Below, in pieces: positions 10,253 through 20,344 of a stretch of 64,000 nucleotides of DNA. Below the pieces are notes generated by a model that saw only the letters and a program-made list of their open reading frames with translations, was not told where the DNA came from and made no database searches. Made by a program: the position numbers and the translations under genes. Source of the DNA: an uncultured Rivularia sp. (GTDB lineage Bacteria > Cyanobacteriota > Cyanobacteriia > Cyanobacteriales > Nostocaceae); NCBI GenBank assembly GCA_963665115.1, contig OY762007.1, forward strand, positions 5,824,001 through 5,888,000, read 5' to 3'. Position 1 is the stretch's first letter, and the number at the start of each line of letters is the position of its first letter.

Positions 10253-11440
10253 AATGTTTTGCCCGGACTTATCTTAGAATTGGCATCGGTCAAGTTGCCT
10301 TTAACAAAATATGCCGGTTGCGATAATTTTATTTAGGTCGAACCAAATAATGAATAAGAGTGCTATTCTAAGCTTCGGTCGCTGAAGATATGCTCTATTG
10401 GTTTTGTATTTTATCTGTATTTATATAGTCTCATATTTTATGTTCTGACTCAAGCTAAAAAAATAATCCTGCTTATAAAATTTATTTCATATATAATTTA
10501 CGCCAATATTTACCATTAGTTTAAGTATTCTATTCATGAAAATCTCCTAAAAGTAAAAAAAGGCTCGCGTAATTTACCTTCAATCAAACTATCGACAAAG
10601 TTGAGCGGGAACGAAGATTCAAACTTCAACAAATAAATCGTCTGCTTCTGTATAGATAAGCTTTCATTGTGCAATCGAATTCAGTTTTACCCAACAGGAT
10701 GCAGCAATGGCAGTAGCTTTTTTCTCCTTAAAACCAATAGATAAGAAGAATTATCGATTGTCTGTAAACTAAGGCACCCTAAGAAGGCAATCGGATGCTT
10801 GTACAATTAGAGAATGCCGGAATTATCTTCGCGATCGCTCGTTCGCTCGAAGTTTAATCTAAAATCTAAACTCTATGGGTCGTTACGGTCAATATTATTT
10901 TTTGTAAATTGGGGAACATTTTCTCTCAAAAATACGATCGGGAAGCTTCTGCGGCATTGTAAAATTCCAGACGCATATTGAGACTTTATAAGCCTATTTT
11001 AGGATTAAAACCAAGCCAACCTAGAACTACTTAAATATAAATCTATCGATCGGAATTCGGATATGGGAGCAACAAGCACGTTTTAAATAACTACATTTTT
11101 GATCTACACCACTCCTAACATTCAAATGACACATCATTAGTATAAAGAAAGGATCTGACTGCTAAGTTAAACTTTAACTCCGCCAGATGTTGGTATAATC
11201 AAATGCTAAAAAACGTGGCTAATGATGTCTTTGAGGCAGATTATAGGAAAAGCTTCATGCTAAGGTTAATGCGATTAACAATGTCTTTGTTGAAGATAAA
11301 TTATTCGCTACAATGCTTGCGGTATAGTCGTCCACAAAATTGTCTTTGGCTTCCCCGGTTGTTAAATATTCAAGCATGAAGCAAAACACACTTTTACACA
11401 TTAATAGTTATCAATAAAATACCGATTAGGAGAAAACGCT

Positions 11441-13360
11441 GTGAAAATAAACTGGTTAGTATCTGGTACTACTTTTGTTTCTGTACTAATGCTATCGTCG
11501 CCCGCTCACGGCGCGAAACTGTCTTCCTGGCGTTTTAATGCCAATCAAAACAAATTAGAATTTCAAACTGATGGTGCAGTTCAACCCCAAGCACAATTAA
11601 TATTTAATCCTACTCGTTTAGTAATTGATTTACCAGGAACGACATTTGGGCGACCCCAGTTAACCGAGCCTGTAAGCGGTGGTGCGATTCGTTCTCTTCG
11701 TGTCGGACAATTTAACCCAAAAACAGCTCGTATAGTTGTCGAAATGAATAAGGGGTATACTCTTGACCCCGCTCAAGTCAAATTTATCGGTATAACTCCT
11801 AGCAAATGGACGGTACAGCTGCCTTCGCCAAAACCCGAAAAAAATGCTGTTTCTGCCAGAAGTGCTTACAGTTTTACCCCAGCATCTAACACCACACCAC
11901 CGAAAACAATAGCTGCTACCAATTCAAATGCAGCAACAAAAATAGAAAGTTTGCAAGTTACCGGAGACGGATTTTACCTGCGTACCAGCGGTGATAAACC
12001 CAAAATTAAAGTGAATCGCAGTCGAAACGGCAAGGAAATTAACGTAGATATTTCAGATGCGGCTTTAAGTTCGGCAGTTCAACAGGAGATATCGGTTAAC
12101 AAGCACTCGGTTAGCCGCGTTCAATTTAGCCAAGTTGATGGTAAATCCCCAGTTCTTCGCATGACTTTGCAGGTGGATAAAAATGCTCCCGATTGGCGAG
12201 CTGCCACCAGTGGTAATGATGGTTTAATAGTTCTACCTAATCGTCTGGGCAGTAGGTTATCCAGAGGTAGTAGTTCTAGTAACTCCAGCAGCGAGAATAG
12301 TTCTAGTTCTGATTCTTCTAATAAATCGGATTCATTTCCCCTTCCAGCAGTCCGAACTACAAGAAATAGAACAGCAACAATTGAATCTATCGAATTAGCC
12401 CCTGCCGGTACTCAATTACTAATTAGAGGAAATCAAAATCTTGAAGCTAGTGGTGGTTGGGATAGAAAATCCGGTTTGTATCGCATCACCGTTAACAATG
12501 CTAAATTGGCTCCTAAAGTTAAAGGTCCCAAATTTAGCGCCAGCAGCCCCATTCTACGAGTCAAATTGCAGCAAATTGCATCGGACAAAGTTGCTATCTT
12601 TGTTCAACCCGCATCTGGAGTACAAATTGGGGAACTAAATCAACTTAGCAATCAACTTTTATCCTTAGAATTACAGCGCAATCGTAGAGTTATACCTCCT
12701 ACAAATTCTAGAGGTTTACCACCCATATCTCGACCAATTCCCACACCTTCAGCGCGTCGTCCGATTATGACTCTTCCACGGACTAACCAGCCAACATTAG
12801 GGCGATCGCGAGTTCCGTCGGGTAGAGTTTCAGTAATTATTGACCCCGGACATGGTGGTAAAGATCCAGGTGCAATTGGTATCGGTGGACTGCGAGAAAA
12901 AGACGTTATTTTACCTATTAGTATAAGAGTTGCTCAAATTTTGCAGCAAAACGGAGTGCAAGCTGTACTTAGTCGCAATTCCGACTACTTTGTCAGCCTG
13001 AAAGGACGGGTAGACATGGCCGAACGAGGAAATGCCGATTTATTTGTTAGCATTCACGCTAATTCCGTCGGTATGAGTCGTCCGGATGTTAGTGGCTTAG
13101 AAGTTTACTATTACAGCAGCGGTTATAACCTTGCCCGAACTGTTCGTAGCGGTATCTTAAATTCTGTAAGTGTTAAAGATAGAGGAGTAAGAAAAGCCAG
13201 ATTTTACGTACTCAGAAAAACTTCTATGCCTGCAATTCTTGTGGAAACAGGTTATGTTACCGGACGGGAAGATGCACCAAAACTAGCTTCTCCACAATAT
13301 CGAGAGAAAATGGCACAAGGAATTGCTAATGGTATTCTCAGCTACATCAGAAGTCGATAA
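11441..13360 (+). CDS. amiC2: N-acetylmuramoyl-L-alanine amidase AmiC2
   Basis: Same architecture as AmiC1 with a Ser-rich linker; amiC1-amiC2-murI order of Nostocales. Confidence 0.9.
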   Translation: MKINWLVSGTTFVSVLMLSSPAHGAKLSSWRFNANQNKLEFQTDGAVQPQAQLIFNPTRLVIDLPGTTFGRPQLTEPVSGGAIRSLRVGQFNPKTARIVVEMNKGYTLDPAQVKFIGITPSKWTVQLPSPKPEKNAVSARSAYSFTPASNTTPPKTIAATNSNAATKIESLQVTGDGFYLRTSGDKPKIKVNRSRNGKEINVDISDAALSSAVQQEISVNKHSVSRVQFSQVDGKSPVLRMTLQVDKNAPDWRAATSGNDGLIVLPNRLGSRLSRGSSSSNSSSENSSSSDSSNKSDSFPLPAVRTTRNRTATIESIELAPAGTQLLIRGNQNLEASGGWDRKSGLYRITVNNAKLAPKVKGPKFSASSPILRVKLQQIASDKVAIFVQPASGVQIGELNQLSNQLLSLELQRNRRVIPPTNSRGLPPISRPIPTPSARRPIMTLPRTNQPTLGRSRVPSGRVSVIIDPGHGGKDPGAIGIGGLREKDVILPISIRVAQILQQNGVQAVLSRNSDYFVSLKGRVDMAERGNADLFVSIHANSVGMSRPDVSGLEVYYYSSGYNLARTVRSGILNSVSVKDRGVRKARFYVLRKTSMPAILVETGYVTGREDAPKLASPQYREKMAQGIANGILSYIRSR

Positions 13361-13694
13361 GTGCAGAACTTGAACGTAACAATAGCCGTGTCGTAGTATA
13401 TTTACTTAGATGCGGCGATTTTTATTTCTTCGATATTTCGCAGAAATAGAATTTTAATAGTTTCAAAATGAAAAAATAAAAAAAGTCAATCCAAAAATGT
13501 ATTATTAAATACTTAATTCGTCTTCTGCGGGCTATGGTATCTAATAGTACCTACGTTTAAGTAAAAAATATAGTAAAAATTTTAGAAGCGAGAAAGTTAG
13601 GATGTAAAATTCTCTTTCATGTCGGATTTAGTAATTCAAATCTTGAAGTTTCTTCTAAATCCTCCGTGCAAAATTCAAAAAATATTATCAAAAT

Positions 13695-14595
13695 TTGCCT
13701 GTGTTTTCATCTTCTATCTTTGAAGGCAATCTTTACCATTCATCCGAACAAGAACCCCAACGTGCCCCTATAGGTGTCTTTGATAGCGGTGTGGGTGGTT
13801 TAACGGTACTGCGCCAAATTTACGAACAACTCCCCAATGAATCAATAATTTACTTTGCCGATACAGCTAGACTACCTTACGGCATTCGTTCCCAAGAAGA
13901 AATTATCCAATTTACCCGAGAAATTATCTTCTGGATGGAAAGTCAAGGCGTGAAAATGGTGATTATGGCTTGCAGCACCAGTTCCGCTTTAGCATTAGAA
14001 ACAGTACGTTCCGAATTTAAAGTACCTATACTTGGACTTATCCTACCGGGTGCAGTAACAGCCGTGAAAGCCGGAAAACGTATCGGCGTGATTGCTACAC
14101 CAGCAACAGCCAAAAGCAATGCTTATAAGCTGGCTATCCAAGAAATTAACAGTAATGCCCAAGTCTGGCAAGTTGGTTGTCCGGAATTTGTTCCTCTTAT
14201 CGAACAAAACCGCATTGATGATTCCTATACCAAAGAAGTAGCGCGTTTCCTATCTCGAACCTTTATTGAAACAGGAAATTGATACTTTAGTCTACGGATG
14301 TACTCATTATCCACACTTGGCAACATTATTACGATCGCTGCTTGGTGAATCTGTAGAATTAGTAGATCCAGGAAAGAGTGTTGTTGAAGCTTGTACCCAA
14401 GAATTAGATTTGTTGGGCTTAAGAAATACTTACCCACCCTTACCTACTCGATTTGGTGTGAGCGGAAGTCCGCAACAGTTTGCTCAGTCTTCAGTCAAGT
14501 GGCTCGGCTGTACTCCAGTAGTTGAATCGGTAAATTTGGAGCATCTAAATCTTGACCATCTTTCACAAGAAAATGGTGGCTTAATTAGCTATTAA
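13695..14595 (+). CDS. murI: Glutamate racemase (apparent +1 frameshift at ~14247, probably a sequence error)
   Basis: FDSGVGGLTV and ACSTSS in the first ORF, GCTHYP in the second; deleting one T of ttt 14246-14248 gives VARSYLEPLLKQEID. Confidence 0.93.
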
Positions 14596-14601
14596 ATGCA
14601 A

Positions 14602-14633
14602 TACAGCACACTACGCGCTTGTGGTGTGCTGTA
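14602..14633. terminator. Probable bidirectional terminator hairpin
   Basis: tacagcacactac...gtggtgtgctgta between convergent murI and a small ORF. Confidence 0.65.
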
Positions 14634-14668
14634 CTTCAAATAAATTAAAGCAAAATTTGGTCGAGCCT

Positions 14669-14824
14669 TTATTCAAAATTATTGATAGACATCTCAGAAG
14701 AATAATCTCCCACATTTTGCGATGAAATAGCTGTTCCCGTAGTATTTTTAATTGCTTTCTTGGCGATCGCTAAAAATACATATACAGCAAACAAATAACT
14801 AGAAGCTAGAACAAATATCATCAT
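14669..14824 (-). CDS. Small 51-aa single-pass membrane protein, unknown function
   Basis: MMIFVLASSYLFAVYVFLAIAKKAIK...; GGGGAAG RBS 7 nt before ATG; hydrophobic helix followed by basic residues; hairpin downstream. Confidence 0.6.
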   Translation of the reverse strand: MMIFVLASSYLFAVYVFLAIAKKAIKNTTGTAISSQNVGDYSSEMSINNFE

Positions 14825-16054
14825 AAGTATACTTCCCCGACAAGTATTATTTTTAATTACACGCTTAAACGCAAACACTAAGTTGAATACAAATACAACA
14901 ATTGAAGCTATATAGCTTATTGCTATAGCTTTTTTATTAAAAGATTCCGGATTAAGTATAAATACTCTCCGAATTTTTTTTATACGTAATTAGTTTTTGC
15001 AGGCTATGCCAGCGACAATAAAAAGATTGTTACTATGCAATCTACCTAACCTGCATTCCAACTGCGTCATGCAGTGCTTCCTCTTTTGATACAGCAACCC
15101 CACCTTGGGTACTCTAAAACGAGTCTTCAAGATGCGCCAATATATACATGGCAGGACAGCACGTAGCTATTATTGGGAAATTCATTAATTCGTAGATTTA
15201 CTTACGAATAATCCCCTTAGTTTGAGCTTCGACTTATTTAAACCCACTGTCATCAGTTAAGTATGAAGGCGAATAAAGCAGCGACTTACTTTTTCTGAGT
15301 GAATATTTTAAGTATTTCAAATCCCTACATACAACAGTAACATAAGAACTCTAACAAGTGCAGGTATTTTATGATTTAATTTTAAATTTTTGAGATAATA
15401 TAATTGGTTTACTTATTTTCCCTATGTCTAAATAGTGTTATCGGTCATATATGATGAAGTTGACTAGTTTTCACTCTGTTATCAAAGATACTTGTGGTTA
15501 TATCGTAAAATATTAAATTTTTGTTAATAAGAGCTTTTATCTTCAAAAATCATTCGGATACAAATAATTTAGTTGCGCGAAACCAGTAAACCCCACTAGT
15601 GAATACACTTACACTTAGCTAGTATAAAATTTTGTTTTAGTTCAAGTAAGATATTTTTTGTTCGCTCAGAAGATGGAATATCCTTCTATCCTTAGAAGAG
15701 TATTCGGTTAAGGTAAGCGACAAAGACGCGGGAACACGCGGAAGTAAAGACGAAAAGGCACCTTGAAAATAAGCTTCAAAGCAATTTTCGGAAATAATGT
15801 AACTAAATATAAAGCTTAAACGCTCTTTTCAAAGAAACGTATGTTTGTAGATACATTAAATTTTTAATTCGTATTACAGTGCTTTGCCTTTCCTAGATAT
15901 TTATCTTTAAGCATGGATTTTGGTCTTTATATCAAATATGGTCTTTATATCAATAACAACATTTCTAGAATGCTTTGAGAAAAGGCACGGGCTTATCTTA
16001 AAATGAGTATAGGATATGTAAACTTTCGTAACCAAAGTCAGAGTCCGCCCATTC

Positions 16055-17026
16055 ATGACCCCAGCCACCTCCTTGTTTTCCCCAGTGGAAGCAGACCTGC
16101 ATATATTGGCAGATAACCTCAAACAGTTAGTTGGTAACGACCACCCCATCCTCAGTCTCGCCGCAGAGCATCTCTTCGGAGCTGGGGGGAAGCGTATTAG
16201 ACCTGCAATTGTCTTACTTGTATCAAGAGCAACAATGCTGCACGACGATATTACGCCTCGTCACCGACGCTTAGCTGAAATTACAGAAATGATTCATACG
16301 GCTTCTCTAGTCCATGATGATGTGGTAGATGAATCCGAAAAAAGACGTGGCGTTGATACAGTTCATAGTTTGTTTGGCAATCGAGTAGCAGTATTAGCCG
16401 GAGACTTTTTGTTTGCTCAAGCTTCTTGGTATTTAGCCAATTTAGATAATTTGGATGTAGTGAAATTGCTTTCACAAGTAATTATGGATTTGGCTACCGG
16501 GGAGATTCTGCAAGCAGTGAATAGTTTTGATGTCGATATTTCGATGGATACTTATCTGCAAAAGACTTACTACAAAACTGCTACATTATTTGCCAATAGT
16601 TCCAAAGCTGCTGGAATACTCAGCGAAGTTTCTCCAGAAACAGCCGAAAACTTGTATGAGTATGGGCGTAATCTTGGATTAGCCTTCCAAATAGTTGATG
16701 ATATTTTCGATTTCACTAGTTCTGCGGATACATTAGGTAAGCCTGCTAGTTCCGATCTTAAAGACGGGCATCTTACAGCACCTGTGATATATGCTCTGGA
16801 AGAAAAACCGGAACTGAAAACGCTGATTGAAGAAGAATTTGAACAAGCCGGAGATTTAGAAAAAGCTCTTACACTAGTAGAAGATAGTAAAGGAATTCAA
16901 CGTTCTCGGGATTTAGCTGCTTACCACGCAAAACTAGCAGTCGAGCATATGAGTCAATTACCATCTTCTTCAACTCGTCAAACTTTGATCGATATGGCAG
17001 ATTATGTCTTGAGTCGCTTGAACTAA
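16055..17026 (+). CDS. sds: Solanesyl (polyprenyl) diphosphate synthase
   Basis: GGKRIRP, LVHDDVVD (FARM), FQIVDDIFD (SARM), YYKTA. Confidence 0.93.
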   Translation: MTPATSLFSPVEADLHILADNLKQLVGNDHPILSLAAEHLFGAGGKRIRPAIVLLVSRATMLHDDITPRHRRLAEITEMIHTASLVHDDVVDESEKRRGVDTVHSLFGNRVAVLAGDFLFAQASWYLANLDNLDVVKLLSQVIMDLATGEILQAVNSFDVDISMDTYLQKTYYKTATLFANSSKAAGILSEVSPETAENLYEYGRNLGLAFQIVDDIFDFTSSADTLGKPASSDLKDGHLTAPVIYALEEKPELKTLIEEEFEQAGDLEKALTLVEDSKGIQRSRDLAAYHAKLAVEHMSQLPSSSTRQTLIDMADYVLSRLN

Positions 17027-17244
17027 AAATATTGAAATATCATCCTGCATATTTTTGAATAATGGTTCATTAGTTATTAGTTGTTGACTTATAATTCATC
17101 CCCTCCTCAAAAGGTAGGGGCTTTTGAACTCTCCTTGATTTCCTTTGTAATAAATCCTTAACTTATAATTTCTACCTCAAAGCATAATTTGGCAATACTA
17201 ATAGGTATATGTTTTAACTATATAAATCTCTATTTTAAAATTAT

Positions 17245-17718
17245 TTAAGCAATGTCCGGAGGAACATCCGATCTGCGACTATTTTGTTGTAGCGAGCTTT
17301 CAATAATACTGTTAACGTGTGAACGTGGAATTTCCACAGCATTGGCTGTAGTGCCAGGAGTATCAAAAAAAATTATACTGTCTACGGGTTGTAGGGCTAC
17401 TATCTGGAACAAAATTTCAATAACTCCAATTGGGGCAGCTATCATTTGAGGGTCAAACCCAACACCAGAGGTAGTACTGACATCTTGTAACGTTGGATAA
17501 GCGTATATTACCTGTTTTTGTAATTGTGGATTACTCTTATTGCTTAATGTTGTTAAAACCCAGTCACCAGAAGGATTCTGGAGTATGTAATATTGAGGAG
17601 AACGCAATTTTTGAGCAATTTGAATAAGTGCCGGAGCAATTGCGGCAACTAGTTGAGGTGTAATACCATCTTGGGGTGCATTGTCAATCAAAAATTGAAT
17701 TTGTGCTTGTAAATCCAT
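17245..17718 (-). CDS. Conserved cyanobacterial hypothetical protein divergent from hetZ
   Basis: 157-aa ORF (LIDNAPQDG...YYILQN...WVLTTLSN...VIYAYPT...DSIIFF) divergent from hetZ. Confidence 0.75.
   Translation of the reverse strand: MDLQAQIQFLIDNAPQDGITPQLVAAIAPALIQIAQKLRSPQYYILQNPSGDWVLTTLSNKSNPQLQKQVIYAYPTLQDVSTTSGVGFDPQMIAAPIGVIEILFQIVALQPVDSIIFFDTPGTTANAVEIPRSHVNSIIESSLQQNSRRSDVPPDIA
17450..17464 (+). promoter_or_regulatory. Putative HetR recognition site for the hetZ promoter
   Basis: GGGTCAAACCCAACA fits GGG-N5-CCC / GGGTCTAgCCCagCA, ~490 bp upstream of hetZ and inside the divergent gene. Confidence 0.7.
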
Positions 17719-17941
17719 CTCGTACCTATTAATAGTTGGTGGGCATTAGCTATAACTTCTATGAAATGCGATTCGCTTTCTCGCTCGCATAATGGGAATA
17801 ATATATTTAACCAAATTGATGGGAGCTGAATAATCGGTGTTCGGCATCGGCGTTTCAACGCACAACCGAATCAACCGGCAGTCCCAGACAATATGGGTTG
17901 TAACGTTCGTCTATATAATCGGTCTTTTAAACAAGTAGACT

Positions 17942-19132
17942 ATGAAATCACCCGCGACCACAACTATTCAGGGAGAAAAGTCTATCGGCGTGGAGGCGAT
18001 ATTTAAACTCCTATTCGGAGAACTTAAATCTTCTACTAAAGCTTCGGAGTCTAATTGCCATGAAGTGGCAACACGAATTGCTGCCGAAGTCATGCGGATT
18101 TGCAATGAGAGTAAACGTATTCAAGCTTCTGGGGATATTAAAAGCTCGGCGATCGCTCTAGCTAGACACCGGCTAACCCAGTGTATGAGATACTACCAAT
18201 TCGGTTCAAACCGAGGTCGAATAGAGCTACACAGCACTTTAAGCGCAATTATCTATCGTTACATTAATCCGCCAAAGAGGCAACTAAGCTATCAAGGGCG
18301 GTTGAGCGTAATTGAAGATTTTCTGCAAAATTTTTATTTGGAAGCGTTGAATGCTTGCCGACGAGAAAATAAACTCGAACCGACTTATCGTCCTCAGACT
18401 CTTCTAGAATTAGCGGAGTACATGGCGTTTACCGAACGCTATGCAAAAAGACGCATTCCTTTACCAGGAAGGCAGCAGCAGTTAATTATCCTGCGGGCAC
18501 AAACTTTTTCTCAACAGCAACCTCCAGAAACCTGCGTTGATATAGAAAAAGCCGCAGAAGGTAGCAGCAATGATGGGGATGGTTCTTGGGAAGATCCAGC
18601 CGTACAGCAGCTCAGATCGGCAATGGCATCTCAACCAGAGCCGGAACCAACTGAGGAAACCTTGCGTTCTGTAGTCATTAACGAATTAATGAGTTATCTG
18701 GAGGAACGACAGCAAGGAGATTGCGCCGATTACTTCGCTTTACGTTTGAAAGATTTATCCGCTCAAGAAATTGAGTCAATTTTAGGTTTAACCCCCCGTC
18801 AGAGAGATTATTTGCAGCAACGTTTCAAATATCATCTGATTCGGTTTGCCTTATTACATCGCTGGGAACTGGTTCACGAATGGTTGGAAGCAGACTTGCA
18901 TACCAATCTAGGTTTGACCGAATACCAGTGGCAAATTTATATGGAAAAGCTTGACGATAAACAACGTTGTTTATTAGAACTGAAACAACAAGGTGAAGCT
19001 GATGCTCATATTGCCAAAACATTAGGTTTATCTATGGCACAACTGCAAAAAAGGTGGTTCAAAATTCTCGAACAAGCTTGGGATATTCGTAACTCTTTTA
19101 TGTCCGGATCGAGTGCATCTACTCATGAATAG
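17942..19132 (+). CDS. hetZ: Heterocyst differentiation protein HetZ
   Basis: RGRIELHSTLSAIIYRYI, YMAFTERYAKRRI, GLTPRQRDYLQQRFKYH; overlaps the start of patU. Confidence 0.92.
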   Translation: MKSPATTTIQGEKSIGVEAIFKLLFGELKSSTKASESNCHEVATRIAAEVMRICNESKRIQASGDIKSSAIALARHRLTQCMRYYQFGSNRGRIELHSTLSAIIYRYINPPKRQLSYQGRLSVIEDFLQNFYLEALNACRRENKLEPTYRPQTLLELAEYMAFTERYAKRRIPLPGRQQQLIILRAQTFSQQQPPETCVDIEKAAEGSSNDGDGSWEDPAVQQLRSAMASQPEPEPTEETLRSVVINELMSYLEERQQGDCADYFALRLKDLSAQEIESILGLTPRQRDYLQQRFKYHLIRFALLHRWELVHEWLEADLHTNLGLTEYQWQIYMEKLDDKQRCLLELKQQGEADAHIAKTLGLSMAQLQKRWFKILEQAWDIRNSFMSGSSASTHE

Positions 19133-20114
19133 TGACACAGAATCCTTACAGAACCAATTACTCGCTTGGTTGTTAGCAGAAGATGCTTCAACCGAGGAGG
19201 ATTTTTTGGTCGAAAGTGAGGAAATTAACGGGGCTAAAACAAATTCTGCAAACACTGCTTCCATAAGCGGTGCTTCTGAGTCGGAAAATATGCCCTATAC
19301 TTTTCAATTGGGAGAAATTCCTGCTGTGCAAACACGTTTCCAAGCCGTTCTTAAACGTCGCTTACAAAATCAAGTTCAAGATAATCCACCGTTATTCCCT
19401 TGGGAATCGCAATTAGTAGATTATCCCGATTATGTTGACAGTCCATCTATCGCTTGGGTTCCTGCCTGGGGATGGGCAGCACAACAGTCTAAGATGAGTT
19501 TGCCAATTTTAATGCCGGAGAAAGTTTTCCAGCAATTATTGGCAAGGTGTCAAGAATTACTTACGTTCCCGGTGCCTTTGGGAGCGAAACTTGTTGGAGC
19601 GGTAGAAAGTTTATTCCCTAACGAGCCACAGGCACTTAATGACTTAGCTGGGATGGTATTAAGAAGTCCATACCGTTCTGCCGATACTTTAGAAAAAAGC
19701 ACAACGGTAGAAGGTAGTTTCTCAGATTTGCAACCCCGTCAACAAATGGCATTGTCATTGTTGGCTGCAAAACAGTTGTTAGAAAACTTAACCTTAACTG
19801 TAGATGCTGCCCAAGAGGTAGTGGAAAAGCAGTGGCTAAGTACGGTGGGTACGGTAACTCTGAGAGTCAAATACGATCGAGATGCCGAAAAACTCTTCAT
19901 TGAAGCAACACTACCTCAGAAAGGCAATTTGAAATTTGAAGGAGAGACAGCAAGTGCAGTTGCAGAACGTTCAACTTCTGGAATTGTCAGTTTAGAATTG
20001 AACTCAGTTGATCTTGGGGCTACTTATACATTGGCTGTTGAGTTACAAGACATGGATACTCAACCGCTAACATTTGCGATTGTTCCAACAAACTCATCCG
20101 AATTCAGCAGTTAA
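19125..20114 (+). CDS. patU: PatU heterocyst pattern protein (unsplit PatU5+PatU3 form)
   Basis: LGEIPAVQTRFQAVLKRRL...NPPLFPWE...QQMALSLLAAKQLL; directly after hetZ. Confidence 0.85.
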   Translation: MNSDTESLQNQLLAWLLAEDASTEEDFLVESEEINGAKTNSANTASISGASESENMPYTFQLGEIPAVQTRFQAVLKRRLQNQVQDNPPLFPWESQLVDYPDYVDSPSIAWVPAWGWAAQQSKMSLPILMPEKVFQQLLARCQELLTFPVPLGAKLVGAVESLFPNEPQALNDLAGMVLRSPYRSADTLEKSTTVEGSFSDLQPRQQMALSLLAAKQLLENLTLTVDAAQEVVEKQWLSTVGTVTLRVKYDRDAEKLFIEATLPQKGNLKFEGETASAVAERSTSGIVSLELNSVDLGATYTLAVELQDMDTQPLTFAIVPTNSSEFSS

Positions 20115-20344
20115 GTTTTTTAAACTGCTAAGTTCATAAAAGAAACGATGAATATGAAAAGGTTTAGGGGTAGTAGTGAAACTGAACCTTTGTTTAACAA
20201 ACAGACAGCCCCGAGCGTAAAGTCGCAACTCTAATAAATACGCCGATGCTTTCATAGGGATTATTTTTCCTTATCGGGCGTTGAGTGCGTAAAAATATTT
20301 ATATGAGTAAAGCGGGGTAATTAAGAAGACGGAAATTTGAGTGA

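Noticed and set aside
15000..15360. Possible sRNA or small peptide (MNFPIIATCCPAMYILAHLEDSF, minus strand) between murI and sds
   Set aside because: No convincing RBS, known motif or stable structure that I could support
17255..17260. TCCGGA as a DIF1 promoter for hetZ
   Set aside because: About 190 bp upstream of the HetR box and inside the 3' end of a CDS; likely chance
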